Shown here: piece after piece, positions 1-10,065 of the stretch
How positions within the stretch are numbered: the first letter of the stretch is position 1
How the letters are laid out: each line of letters starts with the position of its first letter
NCBI GenBank assembly: GCA_039630055.1
Contig: JBCNVN010000001.1
Span: forward strand, 160,544-224,543
Direction: 5' to 3'
DNA length: 64,000 bases
DNA from: Candidatus Caldarchaeales archaeon
Lineage (GTDB): Archaea; Thermoproteota; Nitrososphaeria_A; Caldarchaeales; Wolframiiraptoraceae
Notes under the pieces: model-generated
Database searches by the model: none
What the model saw: only the letters and a program-made list of their open reading frames with translations
Told to the model about the DNA's origin: nothing
Position numbers and translations under genes: made by a program

Positions 1-1
1 G

Positions 2-172
2 GGCGAAGCTGCCAGAGAGTTCGCACAAGCTTTCATCCTCTTTCTCCAGTTGGCTAATAGAATGAATGTTGACCTCGAGGAAGCATTCATCAAAGAGATG
101 GAGATTATGAAGGAAAGATTCGATATGGAGAAGTGGAGAAAGTATCTGGAGGAGGCTAATTTTAAGGTTTGA
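2..172 (+). CDS. C-terminal fragment of a MazG-like (all-alpha) nucleotide pyrophosphohydrolase, truncated by the window edge
   Basis: An open frame runs in from the window edge to TGA at 170-172. The helical sequence EAAREFAQAFILFLQLANRMNVDLEEAFIKEM resembles MazG-type C-terminal helices. The call is by resemblance only. Confidence 0.35.
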   Translation, partial: GEAAREFAQAFILFLQLANRMNVDLEEAFIKEMEIMKERFDMEKWRKYLEEANFKV

Positions 173-1178
173 GCAATATTCTTCCAAAATGCTTTCTTTC
201 TCTGACGATCCTATGTGCTTGTTCAGCATGTTCTAATGGAAGTACGGATACGATAGGTTTAACGAATCCTCTGACTATTAGATCTAAAGCCTCTACCAGC
301 TCCTTCTTAGTACATGATATTGAACCAGCTATGCTGACCTCTTTTAAGATTATCTGTCCAGCCATGAAGGGTATAGGCTGGGGTTTAATATTTCCAACTT
401 GAATTATTCTACCTCCCCATTTCACAGACTTCAAGCTCTCTAAAATCGTTGCACCTACACAGTCTAAGACCATGTCTACTCCAACATCATTTGTAAGATT
501 TTTTACTATATTTGAGAATATGCCATCCTTCGAGATAACTACTTGGTCTGCACCTATCTTATACAATATATCCGAATACTCAGCTCTTCCTGTAACTGCT
601 ATAACCTCTGCCCCATAAGACTTGGCTAGCTGGATTGCATGTACTCCAACCCCTCCACTAGCTCCAGTGATCAAAACCTTCTCACCCTCAGATAATCCTC
701 CTCTTATCTTCAAAGCATGTATCAACGTTCCTACTACACATGCAGCGATAGCTGCGGCCTCATCCGAGACCTCTTCCGAAGTTTTTACTAAGCTTCTATA
801 ATCTGTTTTAAGATACTCTGCATAGGAGCCATCTAAATCCTCACCGAACCATAATCTCCTCCTACAAATGTTCTCCCGACCCTGAATGCATTCACTACAC
901 ATACTGCATGGAATATAGGTCAATCCTGCAACCTTATCTCCCCTCTTGAATCCTTCTACTCTCTCACCTAACTCGACTATGCGTCCACATATCTCATGTC
1001 CGATAATTATTGGAAGCCTCGTCTTGGGAAAATATCCATCAACTGTTAAAATATCCCTATAGCATACCCCGGTCATCTCAATCTTCAAGAGTACTTCATC
1101 AGCTCCAAGCTTAGTCTCAACTCCTACTTCTTCTATCTTTAATGGAGAATGAAATTCTCTTAATACTATGGCCTTCAA
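162..1178 (-). CDS. Zn-dependent alcohol dehydrogenase (medium-chain dehydrogenase/reductase family)
   Basis: 338-aa ORF with the catalytic-Zn motif GHEICG, the structural-Zn Cys cluster CSMCSECIQGRENIC and the Rossmann motif GASGGVG. Confidence 0.85.
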   Translation of the reverse strand: MKAIVLREFHSPLKIEEVGVETKLGADEVLLKIEMTGVCYRDILTVDGYFPKTRLPIIIGHEICGRIVELGERVEGFKRGDKVAGLTYIPCSMCSECIQGRENICRRRLWFGEDLDGSYAEYLKTDYRSLVKTSEEVSDEAAAIAACVVGTLIHALKIRGGLSEGEKVLITGASGGVGVHAIQLAKSYGAEVIAVTGRAEYSDILYKIGADQVVISKDGIFSNIVKNLTNDVGVDMVLDCVGATILESLKSVKWGGRIIQVGNIKPQPIPFMAGQIILKEVSIAGSISCTKKELVEALDLIVRGFVKPIVSVLPLEHAEQAHRIVRERKHFGRILLKP

Positions 1179-1190
1179 TAATCTACTACC

Positions 1191-1805
1191 TCATAGCAAG
1201 GTTTGTGCAGCAGCTATCGAACCATATCTAGCCTTGTTAAGATCATTTGCACCAGCTATTATGATTACATCGCCTTCTTCAGGTTTGAACTTTTCAATAA
1301 TCCTTTTTGAGAATTCTGGTCTCTCATCAGATAATACGCTGATGTTAGGCATGTGGAGCTTACCATCCACATAAATCATAATTAAAGCTGCTTCCGCCTC
1401 ACTTTTAATTGCTGCATCTCTCTGCTCCAATCCTCTTCTTACTAGATGTGAGCGGCCCCTCACAACTATACCATAGTTGGATGCATAACTCCATGGAAGC
1501 TCAATATCAACATGACCTACTTCTCTGATAATGCTAGTTATTTGATTGTATATGCTCATTCCTCTAGATGTTAAACTGCAGCCCTTACTAGTAATCTTAG
1601 CTATCTTAGCTTCTACAAGCCTATTCAACATATTTCTGACTACACCCTCTCCTAATCGAAGATCTTTACTTATCTTCTTCCTACCAACCGGAGCTTCTTT
1701 ACCTAGATAAAGTAGTAATGTCAGCATCTGGGTAGATGAAAATGATGGTGATGGACCAGGCCGGACCTTTACCAATTCATCTAATATCTTGTGAATACTT
1801 CCCAA
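1191..1805 (-). CDS. Uncharacterised archaeal protein with an N-terminal winged-helix-like segment
   Basis: 204-aa ORF. The segment GRKKISKDLRLGEGVVRNMLNRLVEAKI looks like a wHTH recognition region. No catalytic motif was recognised. Confidence 0.5.
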   Translation of the reverse strand: MGSIHKILDELVKVRPGPSPSFSSTQMLTLLLYLGKEAPVGRKKISKDLRLGEGVVRNMLNRLVEAKIAKITSKGCSLTSRGMSIYNQITSIIREVGHVDIELPWSYASNYGIVVRGRSHLVRRGLEQRDAAIKSEAEAALIMIYVDGKLHMPNISVLSDERPEFSKRIIEKFKPEEGDVIIIAGANDLNKARYGSIAAAQTLL

Positions 1806-1949
1806 CTAGATCTATGATCATCATCCTCATAGAGCTTAAAAATATTTTTCCTGATATTTCTCAAAATTCTCTTTTCTCTCTAATAGAAGCGATAAGAAAC
1901 TCTGTTGGAAGAATCTTCCAGTCTTACTGCCATGATTTTATCGGAGAAA

Positions 1950-2858
1950 TTAATGCTGGATCAATAATTGTTGGAATAATTTTTTGTTAAAAGGTTCAAG
2001 GTCTTCAAGCCTCTGACCTACTCCAACAAATAATAGGGGTCGTCCTATCGTATAGCTTATAGAGAGTGCCGCTCCACCTCTAGCATCGGCGTCAAGCTTG
2101 GCTAAGATAACATAATCTATCCCAACATATTCATTGAATCTCTTAGCTTGTTCCACGACCACGTTACCCAAGAGTGCGTCTCCGACATATATCACTAGGT
2201 CGGGCTTTACAACCCTCTTGATCTTCTTCATCTCTTCCAGCAGATTTATATCTATCTCGGTTCTACCAGCTGTATCTATCAAGACCAGCGGTATATTATC
2301 TGCACGAGCGCTCATTACAGCATCTAGAGCGACCGCTGCTGGATCAGCTCCATACCTCTGACTAATAACTCTAACTTTAATCGACTCTGCCAACCTCTTA
2401 ATCTGTTCTATTGCTCCAGCTCTAAAAGTATCTGAAGCAGCGATAACTGAGCTATACCCTCTATCTTTAAAGAATTTAGCGACCTTGACTACTGTTGTAG
2501 TCTTCCCTCCACCATTCGGTCCAACAAAGAGGATAATGAATGGATCTCCTTTCTTCTTCTCTTCTAATCTCTCTAGAACCTCCTCTACACTTCTCTCAGG
2601 AGGCAATACTTCTCCAACAATATTAGACATAATCTCTCTAACTTGACTAGATGGATCGGTAAATCTCTTAAACTTGAATTTAGAAAGCTCTTCTCTCAAT
2701 CTTTCACATAGTTTATCTGCTACCTCTACCGCCACATCACTGGAGATAAGCTGTAACCTGAATTCATCGATAAACTTTTCTATGTCTTTTTCCGATAGCT
2801 CAGACATCTTAATTTTTTCCAACATCCCTGAGAAAGCCTTCTTGAGATTCTCAAACAT
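1950..2858 (-). CDS. ftsY: Signal recognition particle receptor FtsY
   Basis: SRP-GTPase motifs GPNGGGKTTT (G1), DTAGR (G3) and AKLDADARGG (G4/closing loop). Size is 302 aa. Confidence 0.9.
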   Translation of the reverse strand: MFENLKKAFSGMLEKIKMSELSEKDIEKFIDEFRLQLISSDVAVEVADKLCERLREELSKFKFKRFTDPSSQVREIMSNIVGEVLPPERSVEEVLERLEEKKKGDPFIILFVGPNGGGKTTTVVKVAKFFKDRGYSSVIAASDTFRAGAIEQIKRLAESIKVRVISQRYGADPAAVALDAVMSARADNIPLVLIDTAGRTEIDINLLEEMKKIKRVVKPDLVIYVGDALLGNVVVEQAKRFNEYVGIDYVILAKLDADARGGAALSISYTIGRPLLFVGVGQRLEDLEPFNKKLFQQLLIQH

Positions 2859-2929
2859 TCCAAGTAACCATCTGTAAGGTCTAAATTTAAGATTAAACCA
2901 ACCTTCCAGTAATCAACTTATCTTTTATC

Positions 2930-3469
2930 CTATATCTTCTTAGACTCTGCTTCTAATGCATCTATCAATAGCTTGGCGCCTAGCAAAAGGTCTCTAGCAT
3001 TTAGATAATATCTCACAGAGTAGTTGTAAGATATGTTTGCAGCAGGTTGCGAGTAATCTTCTCTGCCTGCCTTCCATAATTGAGTTAATAACTGAACCTT
3101 GGGTAAGAGATAGAATGAGTAGCTTATTCCTCCAAGCTTCTCTCTTCTTCCACCAATCCTTTTACATGCCAGCTCGTATTTTTCAGGATAACTACCGAAA
3201 GTTCTCAAGAACGGTCTCACTACCGCTCTCCTAAACATCTCTAGATACTTCTTTGACTCTGGAAGTTTCTCAAACGGTATCCAGGTCTCAGAAGTTCTAG
3301 CTACTGTTGAATATGCGAGATATCTTAAAATTACCAATGCTAACTCTTTTGGAGGAGGTTTTCCAGAAACAAGGTCTACGATTTCTCTGCTATCTACTTC
3401 TACAGAATAAGTTTTGTTCAAGAAGTTCACGATAAATCTCCTATATCCTTTTCTCCCACTACCCTTCAA
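2930..3469 (-). CDS. DUF3786-like protein; the true N-terminus is probably upstream (see finding)
   Basis: The 179-aa ORF starts at TTG. Its pattern (FIVNFLNKTYSVEVDS..., WIPFEKLP, YLLPKVQLL) resembles the DUF3786 family. The frame stays open for 56 more codons upstream, to 3637. Confidence 0.55.
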   Translation of the reverse strand: MKGSGRKGYRRFIVNFLNKTYSVEVDSREIVDLVSGKPPPKELALVILRYLAYSTVARTSETWIPFEKLPESKKYLEMFRRAVVRPFLRTFGSYPEKYELACKRIGGRREKLGGISYSFYLLPKVQLLTQLWKAGREDYSQPAANISYNYSVRYYLNARDLLLGAKLLIDALEAESKKI

Positions 3470-3724
3470 GTATACTACGTTACACTTCTTACCAATCTCC
3501 TCTCCCTCAAGCTTAGTTAAATCAATAAATGCGGTGGATATCTCCTCATCGATTGATGGAGTGTAGATGTCTTTAAATAACAGTTTTGATAACCTCCTCT
3601 CTGACTGGTCTAGGTATTTAGATATTATCCAGATCTTTTAACTCTTTCGCATATTACTCGAAGCTAAAAGATAAAAGAGTTTAGAATTTTTTACCAAGTT
3701 TGTCAACATTTTACTGATGTATAC

Positions 3725-4564
3725 ATGGGGGATAGAGTTTTAAAGCAGACACTGTTCGAATTAATAACGGTCGGTTACGAGATTCTCGATGGTAGAATTC
3801 TAAACACTAACTCAAAATGGCTTGCGGAAAAGATAACCGGTATGGGTGGAAGAATTACTAGGATGATTACGATAGGAGATTCTATCCCTGATATAAAATC
3901 ATCTATTAGAGATGCTCTTAAAAGAGGTGTGGACTGGATTATAACCTCCGGTGGGCTTGGACCTACATATGATGACTTAACTCTTCAAGGTGTTGGAAAG
4001 GCGTTGAATAGAAGACTGGTCTTAAATACTAAAGCATATGAGATGCTTAAAGAGAGATATGTAAAGCTTGCAGAAGAAGGAGTGGTTGAATCATCTGAGC
4101 TGACTCCTGCAAGATTAAAGATGGCGATGCTTCCAAGAGGTTCTAAACCTCTACGTAACCCAGTTGGATCTGCTCCGGGAGTTCTGATAAAGCATGGGAG
4201 AACTTTTATCGCATGCTTACCGGGCGTTCCAGCAGAATTGCAAAGTATATTCGAAGAAGAATTGCAGCCTATCATAATTAAGACTATTAGGAAGGTTTAT
4301 AGAGCTGATAGAGTACTCCGCATAAGAAGAATTGCAGAATCCAGCCTCGCCCCCAAGATTGAGGAACTAGTTAGAAGATATCCGGAAACCTATATCAAAT
4401 CCCATCCAAAATCGATAGAAGCGGGAATCTCTAGAATAGAGATCCAGATCTCTTCCATGGCAAATAGAGAGGTGCAGGCTATGAAGAGAGTAGAAGAAGT
4501 TGAGAAGATTATTAGGAAAATCATAATGGAGATGGGTGGAGAGATTGAACCCCAAACTGAATAA
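3725..4564 (+). CDS. CinA/MoCF-biosynthesis (MoaB/MogA-like) domain protein
   Basis: The N-terminus ELITVGYEILDGRILNTNSKWLA...SGGLGPTYDDLT is the CinA-type molybdopterin-binding-fold signature. Confidence 0.7.
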   Translation: MGDRVLKQTLFELITVGYEILDGRILNTNSKWLAEKITGMGGRITRMITIGDSIPDIKSSIRDALKRGVDWIITSGGLGPTYDDLTLQGVGKALNRRLVLNTKAYEMLKERYVKLAEEGVVESSELTPARLKMAMLPRGSKPLRNPVGSAPGVLIKHGRTFIACLPGVPAELQSIFEEELQPIIIKTIRKVYRADRVLRIRRIAESSLAPKIEELVRRYPETYIKSHPKSIEAGISRIEIQISSMANREVQAMKRVEEVEKIIRKIIMEMGGEIEPQTE

Positions 4565-4635
4565 TCATATCCTCGAAAATGCCAGTCGGATAAAAGCATA
4601 TTTTTATTTCTTAGGTTGGTATAATCTTAATCTAG

Positions 4636-5022
4636 ATGAAGACTATAGATACGTTTAGGAACAGAACAGGAGAGTTTAAACAAGCGATAGTAGTTAGAAG
4701 CGACCTGAATATGAGTATTGGGAAGACCGCGGTTCAGGTAGCTCATGCATCTCTATCTGCTGCTGAAGAATGTAGAAGGATTCATCCAGAATGGTACGAT
4801 AGATGGATTAGAGAAGGTCAGAAGAAGATAGTTCTAAAAGTCAGAGGCTCTCAGGCTCTCTACGACCTTTTTGGAAAAGCTAAAGATATGGATCTTCCAG
4901 TAGCAATAATAGAAGATGCAGGATTGACAGAGCTAGAACCTGGAACGACAACCGCTCTAGGCATAGGTCCAGCACCCAATGAGAAGATAGATAAGATTAC
5001 TGGAAGCCTACCACTACTATAG
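4636..5022 (+). CDS. pth2: Archaeal-type peptidyl-tRNA hydrolase Pth2
   Basis: 128 aa with the motifs IVVRSDLNMSIGKTAVQVAHA and DAGLTELEPGTTTALGIGP, which are typical of Pth2. Confidence 0.9.
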   Translation: MKTIDTFRNRTGEFKQAIVVRSDLNMSIGKTAVQVAHASLSAAEECRRIHPEWYDRWIREGQKKIVLKVRGSQALYDLFGKAKDMDLPVAIIEDAGLTELEPGTTTALGIGPAPNEKIDKITGSLPLL

Positions 5023-5091
5023 CAAAATTATGATTCTATCCTCGTATTATTCTATCATGCTTATATTAGGATTAATCAAGTAGATTATTAG

Positions 5092-6462
5092 ATGGATGGC
5101 TATAAGCCTATACTAAGATCTCTTAAATCTACTGACATCGAGGAGTTTATTGGAATATCTAGATATATCTCTACTACAAAAGGTGTAGGAGGAATTATAA
5201 AATCTAGAGTAGAGGATTTCATGATCTGGGAGGTCCTCCAGAGTGGAGAAGACTCTGTAAGAGTGTTTGAATCAAACCTTTTTAGAGGAGGTTATGGGGA
5301 ACAACTACTATGTGTGATGAAGAAAGTCAAGCTAGATTCTATTAGAGCTGTCAGTTTAATTGCTAAAACTTTAAAGATAAAGAGTGTTAATATAGGGTTA
5401 TGTGGAATAAAAGATAAGGCGAGCATTAGTTGGCAGTATGTAACGATACCTGCAAATTTTTCAGGTTTTCCACAACCTTTTAAGATAAACAACTTCATAG
5501 AAGTCAAACCATTCAAATATGTTCCATACAAGGTCTCCCCACGTATGCTTTGGAAAAACGTCTTCAAGATAAAAATTAGAAGCCCAAAATACAACGACAT
5601 AGAGTTAATCAATGAAACTATAAGAGAGTTAAGTTCTAAGGGTGTCCCAAACTATTATGGTCATCAACGTTTCGGTATAACTAGACCTATCACATCTATA
5701 GTTGGGAAACTTATAATTAAAGATAGATTAGAAGAAGCCGTATCTGCATTCCTCTCAGAATATTCTATTCTAGAAAGTAGTAGGAGTAGAGAAGTAAGGA
5801 GGATGATAGCTGAATGCTGGAATTTGAAATGGGCTATAGAATCGATGCCTAAAAGCCTCGTTTATGAAGTGAAGATGATGAGATCTCTCATAGAGGATCC
5901 GGAAGATTATGTAAAATGTCTAAGAGTTCTGCCTCTGAGACTGAGAAGACTAATAGTCGAGTCTGTAGCCTCCGAGATATTCAACAAATCCCTTTCAAAG
6001 ATAATAGAAGAAGATAAATTCAATGAAGTAGAGGTTGGAGACTTAGTCTTATCTGTAGATCCTTTAGGACGTGTAAGAAGGGAGAGACCGATAATGGTTA
6101 CCGAGAGAAATCTTAAACAGATTAGTGAGATGGTTAAAGACAAGAAGATGGTGGTGGTATTACCTGTTCCCGGCTATCTTTCACCGATACCTAGAAGTTC
6201 AAAGGGTGAGAAGCTACTAGCAGTAATGGAAGAAGAAGGAGTCACCTTTGATGATTTTAAAGTTAAAGCTCTTCCCGAGGCCTCTACTAAAGGTTCACTT
6301 AGACCGATATCTATTCCATTCTGGAGTTTCTTTGTAGAGTCGATCAATGATGAGTCTATAAATATCGAACTATCCCTACCACCAAGCGCTTATGCGACGG
6401 TCTTCCTAAGAGAGATAATGAAGCCTGATAATCCATTAGCATATATTGGAATCGGTGGATAA
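5092..6462 (+). CDS. truD: tRNA pseudouridine synthase TruD/Pus7 family
   Basis: Motifs EDFMIWEV, GIKDKASISWQ (catalytic Asp region) and NYYGHQRFG. Size is 456 aa. Confidence 0.85.
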   Translation: MDGYKPILRSLKSTDIEEFIGISRYISTTKGVGGIIKSRVEDFMIWEVLQSGEDSVRVFESNLFRGGYGEQLLCVMKKVKLDSIRAVSLIAKTLKIKSVNIGLCGIKDKASISWQYVTIPANFSGFPQPFKINNFIEVKPFKYVPYKVSPRMLWKNVFKIKIRSPKYNDIELINETIRELSSKGVPNYYGHQRFGITRPITSIVGKLIIKDRLEEAVSAFLSEYSILESSRSREVRRMIAECWNLKWAIESMPKSLVYEVKMMRSLIEDPEDYVKCLRVLPLRLRRLIVESVASEIFNKSLSKIIEEDKFNEVEVGDLVLSVDPLGRVRRERPIMVTERNLKQISEMVKDKKMVVVLPVPGYLSPIPRSSKGEKLLAVMEEEGVTFDDFKVKALPEASTKGSLRPISIPFWSFFVESINDESINIELSLPPSAYATVFLREIMKPDNPLAYIGIGG

Positions 6463-6627
6463 GTTGATTTATCGGATTAAGTATATAGGTATGACTTATC
6501 AGATAGTTTATAACCTTAATATATAAAATATGTATTCAGGTATATCTTCATCTCAGTTCGGTCAACGTTTAACTGTTTCCACATAATTTATATCTATCTT
6601 CTACCACTACTTGGGAGGATTGAGAAA

Positions 6628-7263
6628 TTGTATATAGAAAGAAGTAGGAATGCTTATCTAACATGGACAATAATATTTATTAATGTTATCATCTTCTTAC
6701 TGGTCAATCTTAATCCAACCCTAGTCCTCTATCTCGGAGCAATACCGATCTATACAATTCTTCTGAGAGAGCCTTATAGATTGATAACATCTATGTTTAC
6801 CCATTACGATCCAGTCCACCTATTATTCAACATGTTTGCACTCTTTATATTCGGTCCAGACATAGAGAGAACAGTAGGCAAGACAAAGTATCTGGTCCTC
6901 TACTTTATTAGTGGTTTGATAGCTGCATTCTTTCATGCATATTATGTATATATATTCTTTCCAATTAGAACTCTATTAACTACTCCGGCCATAGGTGCTT
7001 CCGGTGCAATCTATGGAATTATGGCCGCTTATGGTGTCTTGTTCCCATTGAGAAGATTAGTAGCCTTCATAGGTTTTCCAATAATGGCTCCAGCGATAAT
7101 TGTAATCATTATCCTCGCATTAATCCAGACATTATATGCATTTGTTGCCCCATTCTCTCAAGTTGCCTATGCAGCTCATGTAGGAGGCTTCGTAGCAGGA
7201 TTGATCATAACAATATTCTATAGACCAGGTTTAAAAAGGCCGACAATCACCCCATACTTTTAA
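6628..7263 (+). CDS. Rhomboid-family intramembrane serine protease
   Basis: Polytopic membrane protein with the catalytic Ser motif GASGAIYG and the His motif AHVGGFVAG. TTG start. Confidence 0.85.
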   Translation: MYIERSRNAYLTWTIIFINVIIFLLVNLNPTLVLYLGAIPIYTILLREPYRLITSMFTHYDPVHLLFNMFALFIFGPDIERTVGKTKYLVLYFISGLIAAFFHAYYVYIFFPIRTLLTTPAIGASGAIYGIMAAYGVLFPLRRLVAFIGFPIMAPAIIVIIILALIQTLYAFVAPFSQVAYAAHVGGFVAGLIITIFYRPGLKRPTITPYF

Positions 7264-7339
7264 TACTTTTGGATACCAGATAAGGCTAAATTAGAGTTAG
7301 AGTAAATTTGAGATGAATAAACTAATAGAGGTCTGAGTC

Positions 7340-7999
7340 ATGGCTCTCGACCATTTCTGTTTCCTTAGGAGGCTACCTAAGAAGACAGGCATATTCGGGT
7401 ATACTTTAGCGAACTCAAAGAGCATTTTAGAAAGTATAGTTGAAGAAGTTGTTCCAATTGAAGAGAGAGAAGAAGCGCTTAAAGAGTATGGTATTAACAA
7501 GCCTTTAAAGATCATAAAAGATGGAGAAGTCAATTATGTTATCCAAGTTATAAAGAACAATTCATTGGTACGGTATCTAGTTAACTGGGGTAGAATGGCC
7601 TCCCTATGGCCTGCCCATATAACGACTGCATGTTGTAGTGTAGAGTTTGGAGCGATATCTAGCTCGAGATACGATCCTGAGAGGTTCGGCTGGTTACCTG
7701 CCACCGGCACACTCAGACAGTCTGATGTACTATTGATAGAGGGGACGGTGAATATTAAGATGGCTCAAAGGGTTCGAATGGTCTATGACCAGATGCCCAG
7801 TCCCAAATGGGTTATAGCTATGGGAGCATGCGCCATATCTGGAGGTCTATATGCTAAAGATTCATACAATGTAATTCAAGGGTTAAATGATATAGTGCCC
7901 GTAGATGTATACGTTCCAGGATGCCCTCCAAGACCAGAAGCATTATTCCAAGGATTATTGCTTCTAAGAGACAAGATCCTGAAGTCGAGGTTGGAGTAG
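7340..7999 (+). CDS. nuoB: NADH:quinone oxidoreductase subunit B (20-kDa / N2 cluster subunit)
   Basis: All four cluster-N2 Cys are present: VNWGRMASLWPAHITTACCSVEF, GACAISGG and GCPPRPE. There are about 70 non-conserved N-terminal residues. An in-frame TTG at 7565 is an alternative start. Confidence 0.9.
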   Translation: MALDHFCFLRRLPKKTGIFGYTLANSKSILESIVEEVVPIEEREEALKEYGINKPLKIIKDGEVNYVIQVIKNNSLVRYLVNWGRMASLWPAHITTACCSVEFGAISSSRYDPERFGWLPATGTLRQSDVLLIEGTVNIKMAQRVRMVYDQMPSPKWVIAMGACAISGGLYAKDSYNVIQGLNDIVPVDVYVPGCPPRPEALFQGLLLLRDKILKSRLE

Positions 8000-8000
8000 A

Positions 8001-8495
8001 ATGACATGGGAGAAGTTGAAGAAGATCATAGATGATTTAAAAGAGAAGTTTGGAGAGAAACTTGAAGCAGAGCTATATGTTGAGAAGAGGATAGCCAAGA
8101 TCGTGGTAAAACCAGAATCCTTGATAGAGGTCGCTAGATATCTTCGAGATGTGCATGGATTCGACCATGTCAAGGGAGTTACAGGTGTTGATCTAATAAA
8201 GTTGAAGGAGGGAGGGGGACCGTATATAGAAGTAATCTATCATCTTGGGTCTCTAAACTCACCTGAACTCATAGATACGATAATGAACATTTCGATAAGA
8301 TTAGATAGAGATAATCCTAAGACCAAGTCTCTGTATATGATCTGGCCTAGTGTTGAGTATCATGAGAGAGAAGTATATGAGATGCTGGGTGTAATCTTTG
8401 AAGACCATCCAAAACTTGAGAGACTTCTACTCCCCGAATACTGGATGGATATTCCTCCTCTTAGGAAAGAATACAAAATCCCGGGACGTGATTAG
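8001..8495 (+). CDS. nuoC: NADH:quinone oxidoreductase subunit C (30-kDa subunit)
   Basis: Motif EYHEREVYEMLGVIFEDHPKLERLLLPE. The gene starts 2 nt after nuoB. Confidence 0.9.
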   Translation: MTWEKLKKIIDDLKEKFGEKLEAELYVEKRIAKIVVKPESLIEVARYLRDVHGFDHVKGVTGVDLIKLKEGGGPYIEVIYHLGSLNSPELIDTIMNISIRLDRDNPKTKSLYMIWPSVEYHEREVYEMLGVIFEDHPKLERLLLPEYWMDIPPLRKEYKIPGRD

Positions 8496-8497
8496 AT

Positions 8498-9718
8498 ATG
8501 GTGAGGGAAGAGAGGAAGATTGTTGAAGTATATGATACAGGAGGCCCAAGACTAACCTTCAGCTATGGCCCACAGCATCCTGGAACGGGACATTTTAGAA
8601 TGATCGTGACCGTTAGCGGTGACACCGTTATAGATCTCGAACCTGATCCAGGTTTTGTCCATAGGGGTAAAGAGAAGATGGGTGAGTATAAGACTTGGAT
8701 TACTAACATTCCACATCTAGAGAGACCTGCAATCCTCGATGCAGCAGGAATGATCATACCCTACTGTATTACCGTGGAGAAGCTTATGGGGGTCGAGATA
8801 CCTGAGAGGGCAAAGTATCTTAGAACTATTGTAGCTGAATTGGATCGAATTGCAAGCCATCTCTACTGGTTCTCGCTGTACGGAGTATTTCTAGGACATA
8901 CAACCATGTTTCTATGGTGTGTAACTGATAGAGAGTACATTGTTGATTTAGCTCAATTGATAACTGGGCAGAGGTTTACTCATGCATACCCCGTGCCTGG
9001 AGGGGTGAGAAATGATGCTCCGAAAAATGTTCCGAGAGAGCTTATCAAAGAATTCAAGCTATACTATTCTAGACTTCTTGGTAGAGAGCCTAAGTCAGAA
9101 GAGCTTAATGAGGACTTCAAGAAATATCTGATGGCTGTTACAGACATGATGGATCATAGGCTTGAACACTACAATAACATGCTATTTAATAGTGAGATAT
9201 TTATTGAGAGGACGCGTAATGTAGGCGTATTGAAAAGAGAAGATGCGATTAGGCTCGGTGTAACCGGCATAACTCTTAGAGCATCTAATGTAAAATATGA
9301 TACTAGGATAATCGATCCATATGATGCCTATCCCTATCTAAATTTTGATATACCTGTAAGGACTGAGGGAGACTGTTATGCTAGAGCTATGGTTGGATTC
9401 CAGGAGATCAGGGAGAGCCTCAAGATCATTAGACAGGCTGTAGAGCAGATGCCTGATGGACCTGTAAAGCTTAAGCAGCATCCACTAGTTATCAAGGTCC
9501 CCAAAGGTGAATCTATTGGAAGAGCTGAAGCAGCAAGAGGAGAATTAATCTACTATATAGTTAGCGATGGAACAGATAGACCATATAGGCTTAGAATGAT
9601 AACCCCTAGCTTTAGACTACTTCCAGCTCTAAAACATCTAACCATCGGTAAGAGGATTGCAGATATACCGCCAACCTATTGGAGCTTAAACTATTGGCCA
9701 GTAGAAGCAGATAGATAG
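8498..9718 (+). CDS. nuoD: NADH:quinone oxidoreductase subunit D (49-kDa subunit)
   Basis: The N-terminal GPQHPGTGHFRM and the C-terminal ...VEADR are NuoD-like. The hydrogenase Ni-binding CxxC pairs are absent. Confidence 0.9.
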   Translation: MVREERKIVEVYDTGGPRLTFSYGPQHPGTGHFRMIVTVSGDTVIDLEPDPGFVHRGKEKMGEYKTWITNIPHLERPAILDAAGMIIPYCITVEKLMGVEIPERAKYLRTIVAELDRIASHLYWFSLYGVFLGHTTMFLWCVTDREYIVDLAQLITGQRFTHAYPVPGGVRNDAPKNVPRELIKEFKLYYSRLLGREPKSEELNEDFKKYLMAVTDMMDHRLEHYNNMLFNSEIFIERTRNVGVLKREDAIRLGVTGITLRASNVKYDTRIIDPYDAYPYLNFDIPVRTEGDCYARAMVGFQEIRESLKIIRQAVEQMPDGPVKLKQHPLVIKVPKGESIGRAEAARGELIYYIVSDGTDRPYRLRMITPSFRLLPALKHLTIGKRIADIPPTYWSLNYWPVEADR

Positions 9719-10026
9719 TTCTCCATACTCTCTAATATTTTTCTCCCTACAAGAAAAGTATCGACCTTTCAAAATCTTCAAGACCTAAACTCAGAGTTTA
9801 TGGATATTAATTTTTATACGGTCCTAAGCTATGGATTCCTATTCCCACTGAGAACTACTGTCCAAAAATCGTTACATCAAGCTCTTTTCCAGGTAAAACT
9901 TTAAGATAAACTATCAAGCCTAGTTAAAATCTATGAAAGACGAGATAGTTCTAGATATGATAATCTAAAATATCTAAGTTTTATTGATATGTAGCCCGGG
10001 CCGGATTCGAACCGGCGTCCCCGGGT

Positions 10027-10049
10027 ATCTTCTCTCAGCGGCCGATGAT
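10027..10049 (-). other. tRNA-Gln intron 2, canonical 37/38 position, 23 nt
   Basis: The sequence AUCAUCGGCCGCUGAGAGAAGAU interrupts CUUUGG / A-CCCGG. Removing it restores a 5-bp anticodon stem and a 7-nt loop. Confidence 0.8.
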
Positions 10050-10065
10050 CCAAAGCCCAGGATCC

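Noticed and set aside
1736-1990. 84-aa plus-strand ORF between the wHTH gene and ftsY.
   Set aside because: It overlaps the ends of two well-supported minus-strand genes and the promoter region between them. The sequence is hydrophobic and low-information.
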